Source: a virus. Taken from it: a stretch of DNA of 26,529 nucleotides. Both the position numbers and the translations under genes were made by a program. How positions within the stretch are numbered: the first letter of the stretch is position 1; every line of letters begins with the position of its first letter. This document shows positions 9,489 through 17,605 of this stretch, one piece after another. The notes below the pieces were generated by a model that worked only from the letters and a program-made list of their open reading frames with translations, made no database searches and was not told the DNA's origin. Location: UHGV virus genome UHGV-0097687; one strand, given 5' to 3'.

Positions 9489-9528
9489 AAAAAAAGGGCT
9501 TTATGGCCATCACATAAAACCCTTTTTT
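9489..9528. repeat. Long near-perfect inverted repeat (about 16-bp stem, 7-nt loop) between the ATPase and methyltransferase genes
   Basis: AAAAAAGGGCTTTATG-GCCATCA-CATAAAACCCTTTTTT; on the minus-strand RNA the single mismatch is a G-U pair. Confidence 0.6.
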
Positions 9529-9534
9529 AATCAA

Positions 9535-11268
9535 TTAGTTATCTGACAGATATGATGAGATGGTAGCAGAATCGACACCATGTCCACTTATCATAATAAC
9601 TTTAAGACTCTTTATTAGTTCATTCTTGAAGCTATCCGATTGAACAGGATTTTTCTCGACCCAATATCGATATGGGTTATCTTTAACTCTTCCTTTGACT
9701 TGGGCCTGAAATTGAGTCGTATGTGCAAAATCTTTAAACAGTTTTCTAACTCTCCCTCCATGGTTTTTGTTAACTTTTTTATAATTATCTATAAGGATTT
9801 TTAAATCAATCGGAGCGTTACCAATCTTTAGCGTTGCAATTATGTCTTTAGCTGTTTTCATAAAAACAGCTTTTGTAAATTTATTTTTATTTTCCCAATA
9901 TGCATCATCAGGTGGTAAATTATATAAAAACTCAAAAATCATTTGGTCTGGAGGTAAGGTGCTTGGAAGCAAACATAAGTTTTTTTCTTTTTTGGCTTTT
10001 TTTGCATTAGCACTGTTGTCGTGAACAACATCACCGTCTAAGACGATCAAGCTTTTAGCTGTAAATTCTGGTATTTTTCTTGCCATTAAGTCAAGCATGG
10101 CAGAGCAGCTAATATTTATATTTCCTAATGGATTTAATATTTTATTTATTTTTCGATCTGTTATCAATTGTTTGAAAAAGTCGAAACCTTCTTTGTCTTC
10201 AAAATATACATTTGCCTTTGGAAGACAAATGTCATCATTAATTTTTACAGTTTCAACATGTAAATCAGCGTGGATATCTGTCCATGAAAGATTATTCTTT
10301 GTTTTAATATCTCCATATGTGTCTGTAAGATATATTGTTTTAAAGCTATCACTATCTTGTTTTGAACGATTATAGATATCCTCTATTATTAATGGAGAGT
10401 GCGAGGTCATGATTATTTGCAGATCGTATTGTTTTGCTGCTTTAGTTAGAATATTAATTAGCTCTAACTGTGCCGCAGGGAAAAGACCTGCATCGGCTTC
10501 ATCAATTAACAATATTCCGCCATGATAATCAGAATAAGTTTCCTTCAATCTTTTAAATGAAAAAATTGCCTGGATTAATTGTCCAACATTATCTTCACCA
10601 ACAGATACTGATTGGTGATCATAATTGTCACCATGGACAACCATTGAATCGATAGTACCTTTTGTTGCTGTTACTGAGCTTCCATTGTTTTTTAGTAAGA
10701 GTTGGTTACTCATCATTCTGATTTCATCAGAATTTTCATTGATGTACTGAACATCCCGTGTTGAGTAATCAGTCCTTAATGTAATAGGAAGAAGTCGTGC
10801 TAAGCTTAAAAAAATAACAGGATGAGTAACGTTTCTACTTTGGTTTTTTTCCGGTATTGAATCATTTCCCCTGACTACAGGCCTAGATTTATCTCTGTCA
10901 CTGTAGCTGTATAAACCTAATGTTAGTTTTTCAAGATGTTTGTTCGATGCACCATCATAGACACTAATTTTGACGTCCATTGAACCAGGAACATCAAATT
11001 GTTCTGAAAGCCTAAAATGTTCGCTGAAAGCTGACTTGAAGCTGCCATTTGTTAATGTTTTATATTGTGTTAAATCAGTCTCAGGGTTTTTGGTAAAGTC
11101 CTTTGTAAAGCTAAATATTTGGGCGATAATGCCAAGAATTGTGGATTTAGATGTGCCATTTTTACCACAAATAACAGTTAGGCGAGAACCAAACTCGATG
11201 TTTATATTTTTCAGTCCGCGAAACTTCACAACATTTATATTTTTTAGTTTGGTAATTTGATTTGCCAT
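9535..11268 (-). CDS. OLD-family ATP-dependent nuclease-like protein (N-terminal ABC-type ATPase, C-terminal Toprim-like domain)
   Basis: Start set at MANQITKLKNINVVKFRGL..; Walker A GKNGTSKST, Walker B/D-loop ILLIDEADAGL, H-loop MTSHSP; C-terminal ..FEDKEGFD.. and ..LIVLDGD.. resemble Toprim E and DxD motifs; 577 aa, similar in size to P2 Old and GajA. Confidence 0.72.
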   Translation of the reverse strand: MANQITKLKNINVVKFRGLKNINIEFGSRLTVICGKNGTSKSTILGIIAQIFSFTKDFTKNPETDLTQYKTLTNGSFKSAFSEHFRLSEQFDVPGSMDVKISVYDGASNKHLEKLTLGLYSYSDRDKSRPVVRGNDSIPEKNQSRNVTHPVIFLSLARLLPITLRTDYSTRDVQYINENSDEIRMMSNQLLLKNNGSSVTATKGTIDSMVVHGDNYDHQSVSVGEDNVGQLIQAIFSFKRLKETYSDYHGGILLIDEADAGLFPAAQLELINILTKAAKQYDLQIIMTSHSPLIIEDIYNRSKQDSDSFKTIYLTDTYGDIKTKNNLSWTDIHADLHVETVKINDDICLPKANVYFEDKEGFDFFKQLITDRKINKILNPLGNINISCSAMLDLMARKIPEFTAKSLIVLDGDVVHDNSANAKKAKKEKNLCLLPSTLPPDQMIFEFLYNLPPDDAYWENKNKFTKAVFMKTAKDIIATLKIGNAPIDLKILIDNYKKVNKNHGGRVRKLFKDFAHTTQFQAQVKGRVKDNPYRYWVEKNPVQSDSFKNELIKSLKVIMISGHGVDSATISSYLSDN

Positions 11269-11290
11269 GTTTCTATCTTGCTCCGTAAAA

Positions 11291-11309
11291 TGGCCACAAA
11301 TTGTGGCCA
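11291..11309. promoter_or_regulatory. Perfect palindrome TGGCCACAA-A-TTGTGGCCA between int stop and ATPase start (int terminator or operator)
   Basis: 9-bp perfect arms; on minus strand followed by ATTTTAC. Confidence 0.35.
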
Positions 11310-11326
11310 ATAGTTTCATGCTTGGA

Positions 11327-12493
11327 TTATATTGTTATCTTCTTCAAGCTTGTTTGTCCATCATATTCCTTCAGATATGAGCCATAGTGCCTGAAAAGCA
11401 TCTCCGGCCCTTTATGCCCCATTTGAGCTGCAAGCCAAAACAGGTTTGCTCCCCGGCTGATATGGCGGGTGGCGAATGTATGCCTGGTTTGATATGGATT
11501 TCTGTAACGAATACCTGCTTTTCGCAATGTTGGCACCCATGCTTTTTTCCTGATTGCATCAGCACTTGCCCAGGGCTTATTGGTCTTTGGATCTTCAAAG
11601 ACAGTAGCATCCTTCATGAATGTAAATGGCTTCTGATTTATCAGCGCCAACATTGCATCTTCTGTCAGTTCAACTTTACGAGTACCGGCTTTTGTCTTTG
11701 TTCCTTTGATAACACCGACAACACTTGCGCTCTGGACATGGGCAGTTTTTCCAACAAAGTCGATATCACGCCATCGAAGGGCACATAATTCAGAACTACG
11801 CAGGCCTGTATGTATAGCGAACCGGAACAGATTCTCCCATTGTTTGTTTCCGGCTGCTGTTAGTAATGCATCAACTTCTGCTGGTGATAGCGGATCAACC
11901 ACGTAGCTGCTTTCTGCTTCTGACTTATCACTTTGGTAGCGCGAAGCAGTTACCAACGATACGGGGTTAATTTGAAGTACCCCATCGGTTACGGCTTCAT
12001 CAAGTGCTGACCGCAGGAAAGATAACTGGTTGCGAATTGTTTTTAAGGTCGTTTTCTGGCTTTGAATCCACGCTTTCAGGATTGCTGGTGTTAATTCACT
12101 TGCAGGGCAAATGTGGAGTGAGGCTAACGCACTACGGCATTTTTTATAACCACCAATCGTAGAGGGTGAAAGTTTTCTCGTTTCGCAGATTTCAAGGTAT
12201 TCGTCCAGGTACATTTTTACCGTTTTGCCTGCAGCAGCATTACCAAAAATTTTCAAACGAGCAGAACGGGGAAAATATTCCGCATAAATGAATGTTCCCC
12301 TTTCGATCTTATTATGAATTTCGCCGAGTGTGCGCTCGGCGTATTTAATGTTCTTTGGTGTTACTTCCAGATTGGAAAGAGGCTCACGACATTTAACTCC
12401 TTTGTAGGTGAAAGTTATATTGATCGTTTCGCCCTGGCGGTGTTTCCTGATTGTTACGCCGCGCGGTAGTTTGAGCAGTTTTGTCTGGCCCAT
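11327..12493 (-). CDS. int: Tyrosine recombinase (phage integrase) with N-terminal arm-binding domain
   Basis: 388 aa; C-terminal catalytic motifs ..HTGLRSSEL.. and ..RHTFATRHISRGANLFWLAAQMGHKGPEMLFRHYGSYL (R..H..R..Y); start overlaps xis. Confidence 0.9.
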   Translation of the reverse strand: MGQTKLLKLPRGVTIRKHRQGETINITFTYKGVKCREPLSNLEVTPKNIKYAERTLGEIHNKIERGTFIYAEYFPRSARLKIFGNAAAGKTVKMYLDEYLEICETRKLSPSTIGGYKKCRSALASLHICPASELTPAILKAWIQSQKTTLKTIRNQLSFLRSALDEAVTDGVLQINPVSLVTASRYQSDKSEAESSYVVDPLSPAEVDALLTAAGNKQWENLFRFAIHTGLRSSELCALRWRDIDFVGKTAHVQSASVVGVIKGTKTKAGTRKVELTEDAMLALINQKPFTFMKDATVFEDPKTNKPWASADAIRKKAWVPTLRKAGIRYRNPYQTRHTFATRHISRGANLFWLAAQMGHKGPEMLFRHYGSYLKEYDGQTSLKKITI

Positions 12494-12672
12494 TTTGCAA
12501 CCTCACTAAGATCAATCCACCTCTCCTTAACGCCTTCAACCTTTAAAACCTGAACACCTTCACGCCAAACACCGCGCTGTACACGTTTGTTTATTGCTTC
12601 AGGAGTTTCGCCAGTTTCTTTGCAATAAGTTGAGATTGGAACGCAATCGAGGTTCAGCATATGTTTCTCCAC
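12454..12672 (-). CDS. xis: Excisionase-like DNA-binding protein
   Basis: 72 aa, directly upstream of and overlapping int; basic/aromatic small protein typical of Xis. Confidence 0.65.
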   Translation of the reverse strand: MEKHMLNLDCVPISTYCKETGETPEAINKRVQRGVWREGVQVLKVEGVKERWIDLSEVAKWARQNCSNYRAA

Positions 12673-12719
12673 TTAGCCCGCTGCACACGGGCAGTAATAT
12701 CAAATTCCAGTCCTGATAA

Positions 12720-12935
12720 TTAATTTTGTTCCCTGGTTGCTACCTGTTTTATTGGCCTGATGCTGTCCAGTAGCAGACGGCGACGCATGTTTGGTGCACC
12801 CCAACGGTAACCAGTCTTTTTGTCGTAGGATTCACAACGTCCGGCAACCCAGGACGTTTCAGTGGAATGTAATTTCATCCGCTTTTCACCGTCTCGGGTG
12901 ATAACAATTCCTGTATGAGTTTTTATCACGCTCAT
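12720..12935 (-). CDS. Hypothetical early-left protein
   Basis: 71 aa ORF; start overlaps stop of upstream gene (coupled). Confidence 0.45.
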   Translation of the reverse strand: MSVIKTHTGIVITRDGEKRMKLHSTETSWVAGRCESYDKKTGYRWGAPNMRRRLLLDSIRPIKQVATREQN

Positions 12936-13294
12936 TTCTTAGTCTCTGGTGCTTTCGGCATTACTGCCCAGTGAGTGATATTGACGTTTTCAAGGTCCCC
13001 GACCTGAAATGTCCACTGCCATTCTCCGGTTTCTTTTTGTTCCCAGGTGTACCAGAGAGAACGCCAGCCAATCAGCCAGCCTTCTCCGTTAGCATCAAAT
13101 AACAGAACACTTTCATTTGCTGGTGGCAGTTCAGCTGACACTGGTATTATTTTGTTTTCCAGTGCCGCACATTTAGCTTCAAGCGCGTCGAATTTACGTA
13201 CCAGGTACTCAGCATTTGTTTCGTTCACTTTCAGATCTCGCGGTACACATTTCCCGCGAAGAAACCCTTCCATTTCGAAAACATTCATGCGCAT
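12932..13294 (-). CDS. Hypothetical protein, YfdS-like (Trp-rich)
   Basis: 120 aa; ATG start; position and length match remembered CPS-53 prophage yfdS. Confidence 0.5.
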   Translation of the reverse strand: MRMNVFEMEGFLRGKCVPRDLKVNETNAEYLVRKFDALEAKCAALENKIIPVSAELPPANESVLLFDANGEGWLIGWRSLWYTWEQKETGEWQWTFQVGDLENVNITHWAVMPKAPETKK

Positions 13295-13821
13295 TTGCGT
13301 AACTCCGATAACTCGTTAAAACGTTCCATAAACATCCCGTAGGCGTGGCCCGGTGCCAGTGGAATCACGTTGAACATCTCTGTTGCCGGGATGCCTTCCA
13401 GTACAGGCCAGAAAGAGCCATCATCAAGCCCGAGATCACGGCGTTCGGTTGCCAGCATGATTAGATCGGCATATTTCACAGGCGTACTCATAACCGGGGG
13501 CAACTCGTATTTCTCACGGATTACTGCGTCTATTTTTTCTTCCATCCGTTTATAGTCAGGAAGAAGGCGTTTCAGTGGTGCGGGGATGTCCTGGCAATAC
13601 GCTTCTGTTGCATCATGCATTAACGCTTCAAAAGCAAATTCCTGCGGCACCAGCTGGCTGCAAAGCACCGCATGTTGGGCGACGCTGTAGAAGTGAGAAA
13701 GATGACCGGCAAAGCGGCAGATATTTGAAAGGGAAACCGCGATATCGTTAATCACGATGTCGTCTTTATTTATCTTGTCATAGTAAAAATGCTTCCCGGA
13801 AAAAGTTTTAATAAATGACAT
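13285..13821 (-). CDS. HD-domain phosphohydrolase (YfdR-like 5'-deoxynucleotidase)
   Basis: Start placed at ATG 13821 (GGAG RBS) giving 178 aa MSFIKTFSGKHFYYDK..; HD signature ..EALMHDATEAY..; longer ORF-track version begins at TTG. Confidence 0.7.
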   Translation of the reverse strand: MSFIKTFSGKHFYYDKINKDDIVINDIAVSLSNICRFAGHLSHFYSVAQHAVLCSQLVPQEFAFEALMHDATEAYCQDIPAPLKRLLPDYKRMEEKIDAVIREKYELPPVMSTPVKYADLIMLATERRDLGLDDGSFWPVLEGIPATEMFNVIPLAPGHAYGMFMERFNELSELRKCA

Positions 13822-13948
13822 TTTGTTCTCCACGTATATGCGCTGCACCGCGCTGAATTCGGGTAAAAGGAAGCCCTCGCCATCAGGCGATTGTTGAGTC
13901 AATTACGTTTCCATAAATGCCCCCGCAGGGGCATTTGCAGCAATGAAA

Positions 13949-14773
13949 TCAGGCGGTGAAAGTACCAATAAAGGTTTCTACTTTGCTGTCTTTGAATTTC
14001 TCAACAAGCAGATCACGAAATTCGTTAGCCATTTCTTCCTGGACTGCTTCCAACTGAATAATGCGCAGAACCAGTACAGGACGATCGCCAGTGATAATGC
14101 TGAGGCGTAATTTAAACGGACGTTCTTTCAGACCTTCAAACGGAACGCATTTAAATTCAAATGCCACTGGCATAATATCTTTGGTCTTCGCTTCGACAGA
14201 CTCCATCAGGGAGCGTTTTCCGCTGAAGTCATTATCTTCAAAATCAGCGGTCTGGTTTGCTTCAATCGTGATTTTACGGACAGCCGCAGCCGCTTTTGTT
14301 GCCTGAATAGCGTCACCATTAGCATCAAAGCCTACAAGGTAGTCGGCCCAGTCTTCAATCCATTCTGCCAGTGACTTCTGGGAGTTACGCTCGCCGTTAA
14401 CAGACAACAGAGCAGAGAACGGTGCTGTCTTTTTCAGTTTGAGAGTGGCGGTGTTATCTGCGTGACCTGGTTCATCAATAGTACCCAGGTTAAGCACACT
14501 GACGGCACGCATATTATCGGCATCAATAAAGCAGCGGGTGCCTTCATTTGCAAGATCTTTAGAATAACGGGTAAAGTCATCGATGCTGGCAGTGGAAAGC
14601 GCACCACGGAAACGGAAGCGATTTAAATTAAATTTTTCCAGATCATGAATGCGGAAGTTCTCAGGCAATGCCACAGCATCGGCACCAATCTTACTGATAA
14701 TTTCATTAACACCCTGAGCAGAAATAAGGGCATGGATTTGATTAATTGCGGTTGCGTCTAAGTTCTGAGACAT
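13949..14773 (-). CDS. Hypothetical protein, YfdQ-like (DUF2303-type)
   Basis: 274 aa; same length and position as remembered E. coli prophage YfdQ; assignment from memory. Confidence 0.55.
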   Translation of the reverse strand: MSQNLDATAINQIHALISAQGVNEIISKIGADAVALPENFRIHDLEKFNLNRFRFRGALSTASIDDFTRYSKDLANEGTRCFIDADNMRAVSVLNLGTIDEPGHADNTATLKLKKTAPFSALLSVNGERNSQKSLAEWIEDWADYLVGFDANGDAIQATKAAAAVRKITIEANQTADFEDNDFSGKRSLMESVEAKTKDIMPVAFEFKCVPFEGLKERPFKLRLSIITGDRPVLVLRIIQLEAVQEEMANEFRDLLVEKFKDSKVETFIGTFTA

Positions 14774-14838
14774 AATAAGTCCTCACTATATAAAGATATT
14801 CAGTGATGAGATAAATAATCAGTTTATTAAAAACGATA

Positions 14839-15201
14839 TTAACGACCTGCTGCGCGGAGTTTTCCGTCAGGTTCACCGGCAAGAGTCAGTAATTGTCCCT
14901 GGTCTTCCTGCAGAATAGTCAGGCGACCACCGCGATTGACATACATCGGCGTTTCGGTGGTGTCTTCTTCGGAAATTTTCCCGCGGTTAGTCGGGCGAAC
15001 ATATGAGAGTTTGTGTTTGATTTTCACTCGGTTCTCATCAAACGGTTCGATTTCCAGATTGAGTGAGACCTTACCTTTGGTTTTCGTGTTCATCACACCG
15101 GAAGCGACTTCACTGAGAACTGCGCCGATTTTGGTTTCAAATACGCCGCCGTCCAGCTCCCCGATAAATGCCTGCACATCAGTACTGCGTTCGCTAGCCA
15201 T
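14839..15201 (-). CDS. Hypothetical protein, YfdP-like; first gene of leftward early operon
   Basis: Start placed at ATG 15201 with GAGGAG RBS (120 aa, MASERSTDVQAF..); upstream 60 codons of the tracked ORF lack RBS. Confidence 0.55.
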   Translation of the reverse strand: MASERSTDVQAFIGELDGGVFETKIGAVLSEVASGVMNTKTKGKVSLNLEIEPFDENRVKIKHKLSYVRPTNRGKISEEDTTETPMYVNRGGRLTILQEDQGQLLTLAGEPDGKLRAAGR

Positions 15202-15245
15202 TTTGCTGCTCCTCATCATATCGACCCTGCAAGGTCGGTTAGTTT

Positions 15246-15342
15246 CTCCACAAAACAGAGAAGAACACCTGCGGTGGCAGCCGCCCGGATGGATTGGGTT
15301 ATGAGCCCGTCGTCCGGTGATGCTCTTCTCTGTTTTGTAAAA
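15246..15342 (-). promoter_or_regulatory. Structured leader of early-left transcript (15-bp perfect inverted repeat enclosing a GC-rich roughly 60-nt insert)
   Basis: ACAAAACAGAGAAGA (15250-15264) pairs with TCTTCTCTGTTTTGT (15324-15338); lies between operator region and first early-left gene. Confidence 0.4.
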
Positions 15343-15543
15343 AGAGCGGTACCAGCCGGAAGCAAGTGTACAAACTGGTACCGCCAAAGCAGTGGCTGTT
15401 GTGGTGACCGGTGCTGATCTCCGGCTTGCGGTTATTTCAGACTCTCACGGGCGTTTAATTGCCCCGCCGAACAGCTCTTTTCCGCAATAGCTGCAATGTC
15501 TTTCGCGCATCAGCCTGCGCATTCACCACAACTCTAAAAACAA

Positions 15544-15596
15544 ATGTAGGATATCCAACATGTAGGTGTCAAGAGTTTATGTTGGTTATCCTACAT
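15544..15596. promoter_or_regulatory. Left operator region (OL) with two 18-bp repressor-type sites, presumed leftward early promoter
   Basis: ATGTAGGATATCCAACAT (15544-15561) and ATGTTGGTTATCCTACAT (15579-15596); same palindrome family recurs at OR. Confidence 0.6.
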
Positions 15597-15612
15597 AAAA
15601 AGATAGGCTCAT

Positions 15613-15638
15613 AAAAAAACCGGGGATACCCCGGTTTT
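15613..15638 (-). terminator. Bidirectional intrinsic terminator downstream of the repressor gene
   Basis: AAAAAAA-CCGGGG-ATA-CCCCGG-TTTT. Confidence 0.7.
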
Positions 15639-15658
15639 GCGATAGTAAGGAAGATGTG

Positions 15659-16303
15659 TCAAAAATCCATTATTACTTGTTTGACAAGACCAACTATTCT
15701 GCAGTTCTCACCGCATTCAATAGTTTTATAGTTAGGATTTAGTGGGACGAGATACCTGTTCGGCCAGTCCTCAACAAATTTTTTGAGTGTCGCTTCTTGC
15801 CCACCATTGATATGGGCAACAACGATTTTTCCGTTAATACACTCTGTATCAATAATATCTGGCTCTACGATAACGATAGAACCTTCTGGTATCGATGGTG
15901 AGCCGAGGGGATTGGTCATTGAATCACCACGGACCCGTAGTGCAAATGCCATTTCTGATACAAGGGCGGTAGTATAAACCCACTCTTCAGCATCTTCTTT
16001 CCTGACACCAGGCTCCGTCATTGTCCATGAACCCGCCTGAACCCACGAGATGAGGGGGACTTTTTTAACTGCGAATATTTCAGGTTTTAGATTTATCTTT
16101 GGTTCAGGCGAGCCTTTTCCGCTAACAAGCCACAGAGGATCGCATTTAAGTGCGTTGGCTAGGGCTTGAAGGTTGGCTCCATTTGGTTGGTAGTCGTCCT
16201 TTTCCCATCCAGTAACCGTGACACGGTTCACACCAGTCAAATCAGCCAGTGCTTGTTGTGTCAGGTTCAGTTCTTTTCGCCTTTGGCGAATACGATCACT
16301 CAT
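15659..16303 (-). CDS. cI: CI-type repressor (N-terminal HTH, C-terminal S24 LexA-like autopeptidase)
   Basis: HTH LNLTQQALADLTGVNRVTVTGWEK; Ala-Gly cleavage site (..VQAGSW..), catalytic Ser in ..GDSM.., Lys in ..LKKFV..; start uncertain among Met codons at 16312, 16309 and 16303 (possible leaderless mRNA). Confidence 0.85.
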   Translation of the reverse strand: MSDRIRQRRKELNLTQQALADLTGVNRVTVTGWEKDDYQPNGANLQALANALKCDPLWLVSGKGSPEPKINLKPEIFAVKKVPLISWVQAGSWTMTEPGVRKEDAEEWVYTTALVSEMAFALRVRGDSMTNPLGSPSIPEGSIVIVEPDIIDTECINGKIVVAHINGGQEATLKKFVEDWPNRYLVPLNPNYKTIECGENCRIVGLVKQVIMDF

Positions 16304-16310
16304 GTTCATC

Positions 16311-16374
16311 ATGTAGGCAATCCTACCACATGCCAATGTAGGATTCTTGACATTGGCATGTTGGATATCCTACA
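16311..16374. promoter_or_regulatory. Right operator region (OR) with three repressor-type sites between repressor and cro-like genes
   Basis: ATGTAGGCAATCCTACCACAT (16311-16331), ATGTAGGATTCTTGACAT (16335-16352), ATGTTGGATATCCTACAT (16357-16374); the third is the reverse complement of the OL site. Confidence 0.6.
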
Positions 16375-16407
16375 TTCCTGCTTGACGTAATTTAACGGGA
16401 GACAGAA

Positions 16408-16605
16408 ATGCGGAAATCCGACGTGATTAATTATTTCGGCGGAGTTTGTAAAACCGCCGAAGCCCTAGGTATTAAGCATCCGTCTGTTTCAGAGTGGCCT
16501 GAGATTATTCCTGAAGGCCGAGCGTACCAGTTAGAAAAAATTACTAACGGGAAACTGAAAGTTGACGTGTCTTTATATCAAAAGACTAACAGTGCTGCGG
16601 CATAA
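16408..16605 (+). CDS. Cro-like small regulator (DicC-like)
   Basis: 65 aa; GGGAGA RBS; divergent from repressor; ..YFGG..AEALGI..VSEW..PEGRA.. resembles remembered DicC pattern. Confidence 0.7.
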   Translation: MRKSDVINYFGGVCKTAEALGIKHPSVSEWPEIIPEGRAYQLEKITNGKLKVDVSLYQKTNSAAA

Positions 16606-16632
16606 AAACACCACAGAAATGAGGAATTAACC

Positions 16633-17217
16633 GTGGGTAAAGAACCTGAATGGAAAGTTGATAAACAACCAGCATGGCTGGTGGCAGCAATACGAAGAAC
16701 GATTGCTGATTTACCTCATGGCTATGAGGAAGCAGCAGAAATTCTTGGTTTGTATAAATCTGATGATATCACCCCAGCAAAAGATCAATTGCATAACAGA
16801 CTGCGTAGCGGTGGGGATCAAATTTTTCCACTTGAGTGGGCCATGGTTTTACAGGATGCCAGTGGTACCAGGCATGTAACAGATGCAATAGCCCGTCGTA
16901 GTAATGGGGTGTTTGTGCCGCTGGTGGTCATTGATGACATTGACAATGGTGACATTAATCAGCGGCTGATGGAGTCAATAGAATGGATTGGCAAGCATTC
17001 CCAGTACTTACGCAAGGCAACTGCTGATGGAGTTATTGACCAGGCTGAGCGTGAGCAAATCGAAGAGAACAGCTACCAAGTAATGGCGAAGTGGCAGGAG
17101 CATTTAACACTGTTATTTCGTGTTTTTTGTGCGCCGGAAAAGAGTAACGCCCGCGAGTGTGCAGCTCCGGGCGTCGTGGCGTCGATTGCTTCTGGTTGTG
17201 GAGAAACTAACGCATGA
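16633..17217 (+). CDS. CII-like early regulatory protein (YdaT/CP76-like)
   Basis: GTG start with GAGGAA RBS; 194 aa; position after cro; family assignment from memory, moderate. Confidence 0.5.
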   Translation: MGKEPEWKVDKQPAWLVAAIRRTIADLPHGYEEAAEILGLYKSDDITPAKDQLHNRLRSGGDQIFPLEWAMVLQDASGTRHVTDAIARRSNGVFVPLVVIDDIDNGDINQRLMESIEWIGKHSQYLRKATADGVIDQAEREQIEENSYQVMAKWQEHLTLLFRVFCAPEKSNARECAAPGVVASIASGCGETNA

Positions 17218-17392
17218 ACAGTTTAACAACACACTACCGTCGCTCGCAACTGATTGCGCTTCCTGTACCGGGTGGAAAAGCGAAGGTGGAGTATTGCTAT
17301 GCAGTGAATGTACCAGGTGACAGGGAAATTGTAACCCACAGCTTTGCAGAGTGGGCTGTGGGTGATTTCAACCGGCAGAAGGAGACAGTCCT

Positions 17393-17605
17393 TTGCGACA
17401 AGTTAACCGCTGGTTCAAAGATCACTACGGAGTGCCCGTCAGAGTCATTCGTTGGGAGCCGGAAACACAACGGGTTATCTACCTCCGTGAAGGCTATGAA
17501 CATGAATGCTTCAGTCCGCTCGAACAGTTTCGTCGTAAATTCAGGGAAATAGAGGTCGGTCATGAGCCTGTTAATGACATCCCAGCCCATTGTGATAAAT
17601 CGTGA
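17393..17605 (+). CDS. Hypothetical protein (TTG start)
   Basis: GGAGACAG RBS 8 nt upstream of TTG; 70 aa; competes with overlapping ORF 17214-17552 in another frame. Confidence 0.4.
   Translation: MRQVNRWFKDHYGVPVRVIRWEPETQRVIYLREGYEHECFSPLEQFRRKFREIEVGHEPVNDIPAHCDKS

Noticed and set aside
13285-13902. 205-aa version of the HD-domain protein starting at TTG 13902
   Set aside because: The internal ATG at 13821 has a GGAG RBS and gives 178 aa, the expected YfdR-like length; the upstream extension overlaps the neighbouring gene region.
14839-15387. Full 182-aa version of the YfdP-like ORF
   Set aside because: The N-terminal 62 codons (Cys/Arg-rich) have no RBS; a GAGGAG RBS precedes the internal ATG at 15201, giving a 120-aa product.
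16658-16879. 73-aa ORF nested in an alternative frame of the CII-like gene
   Set aside because: Fully contained within the better-supported 194-aa ORF that has a proper RBS; no independent signal.
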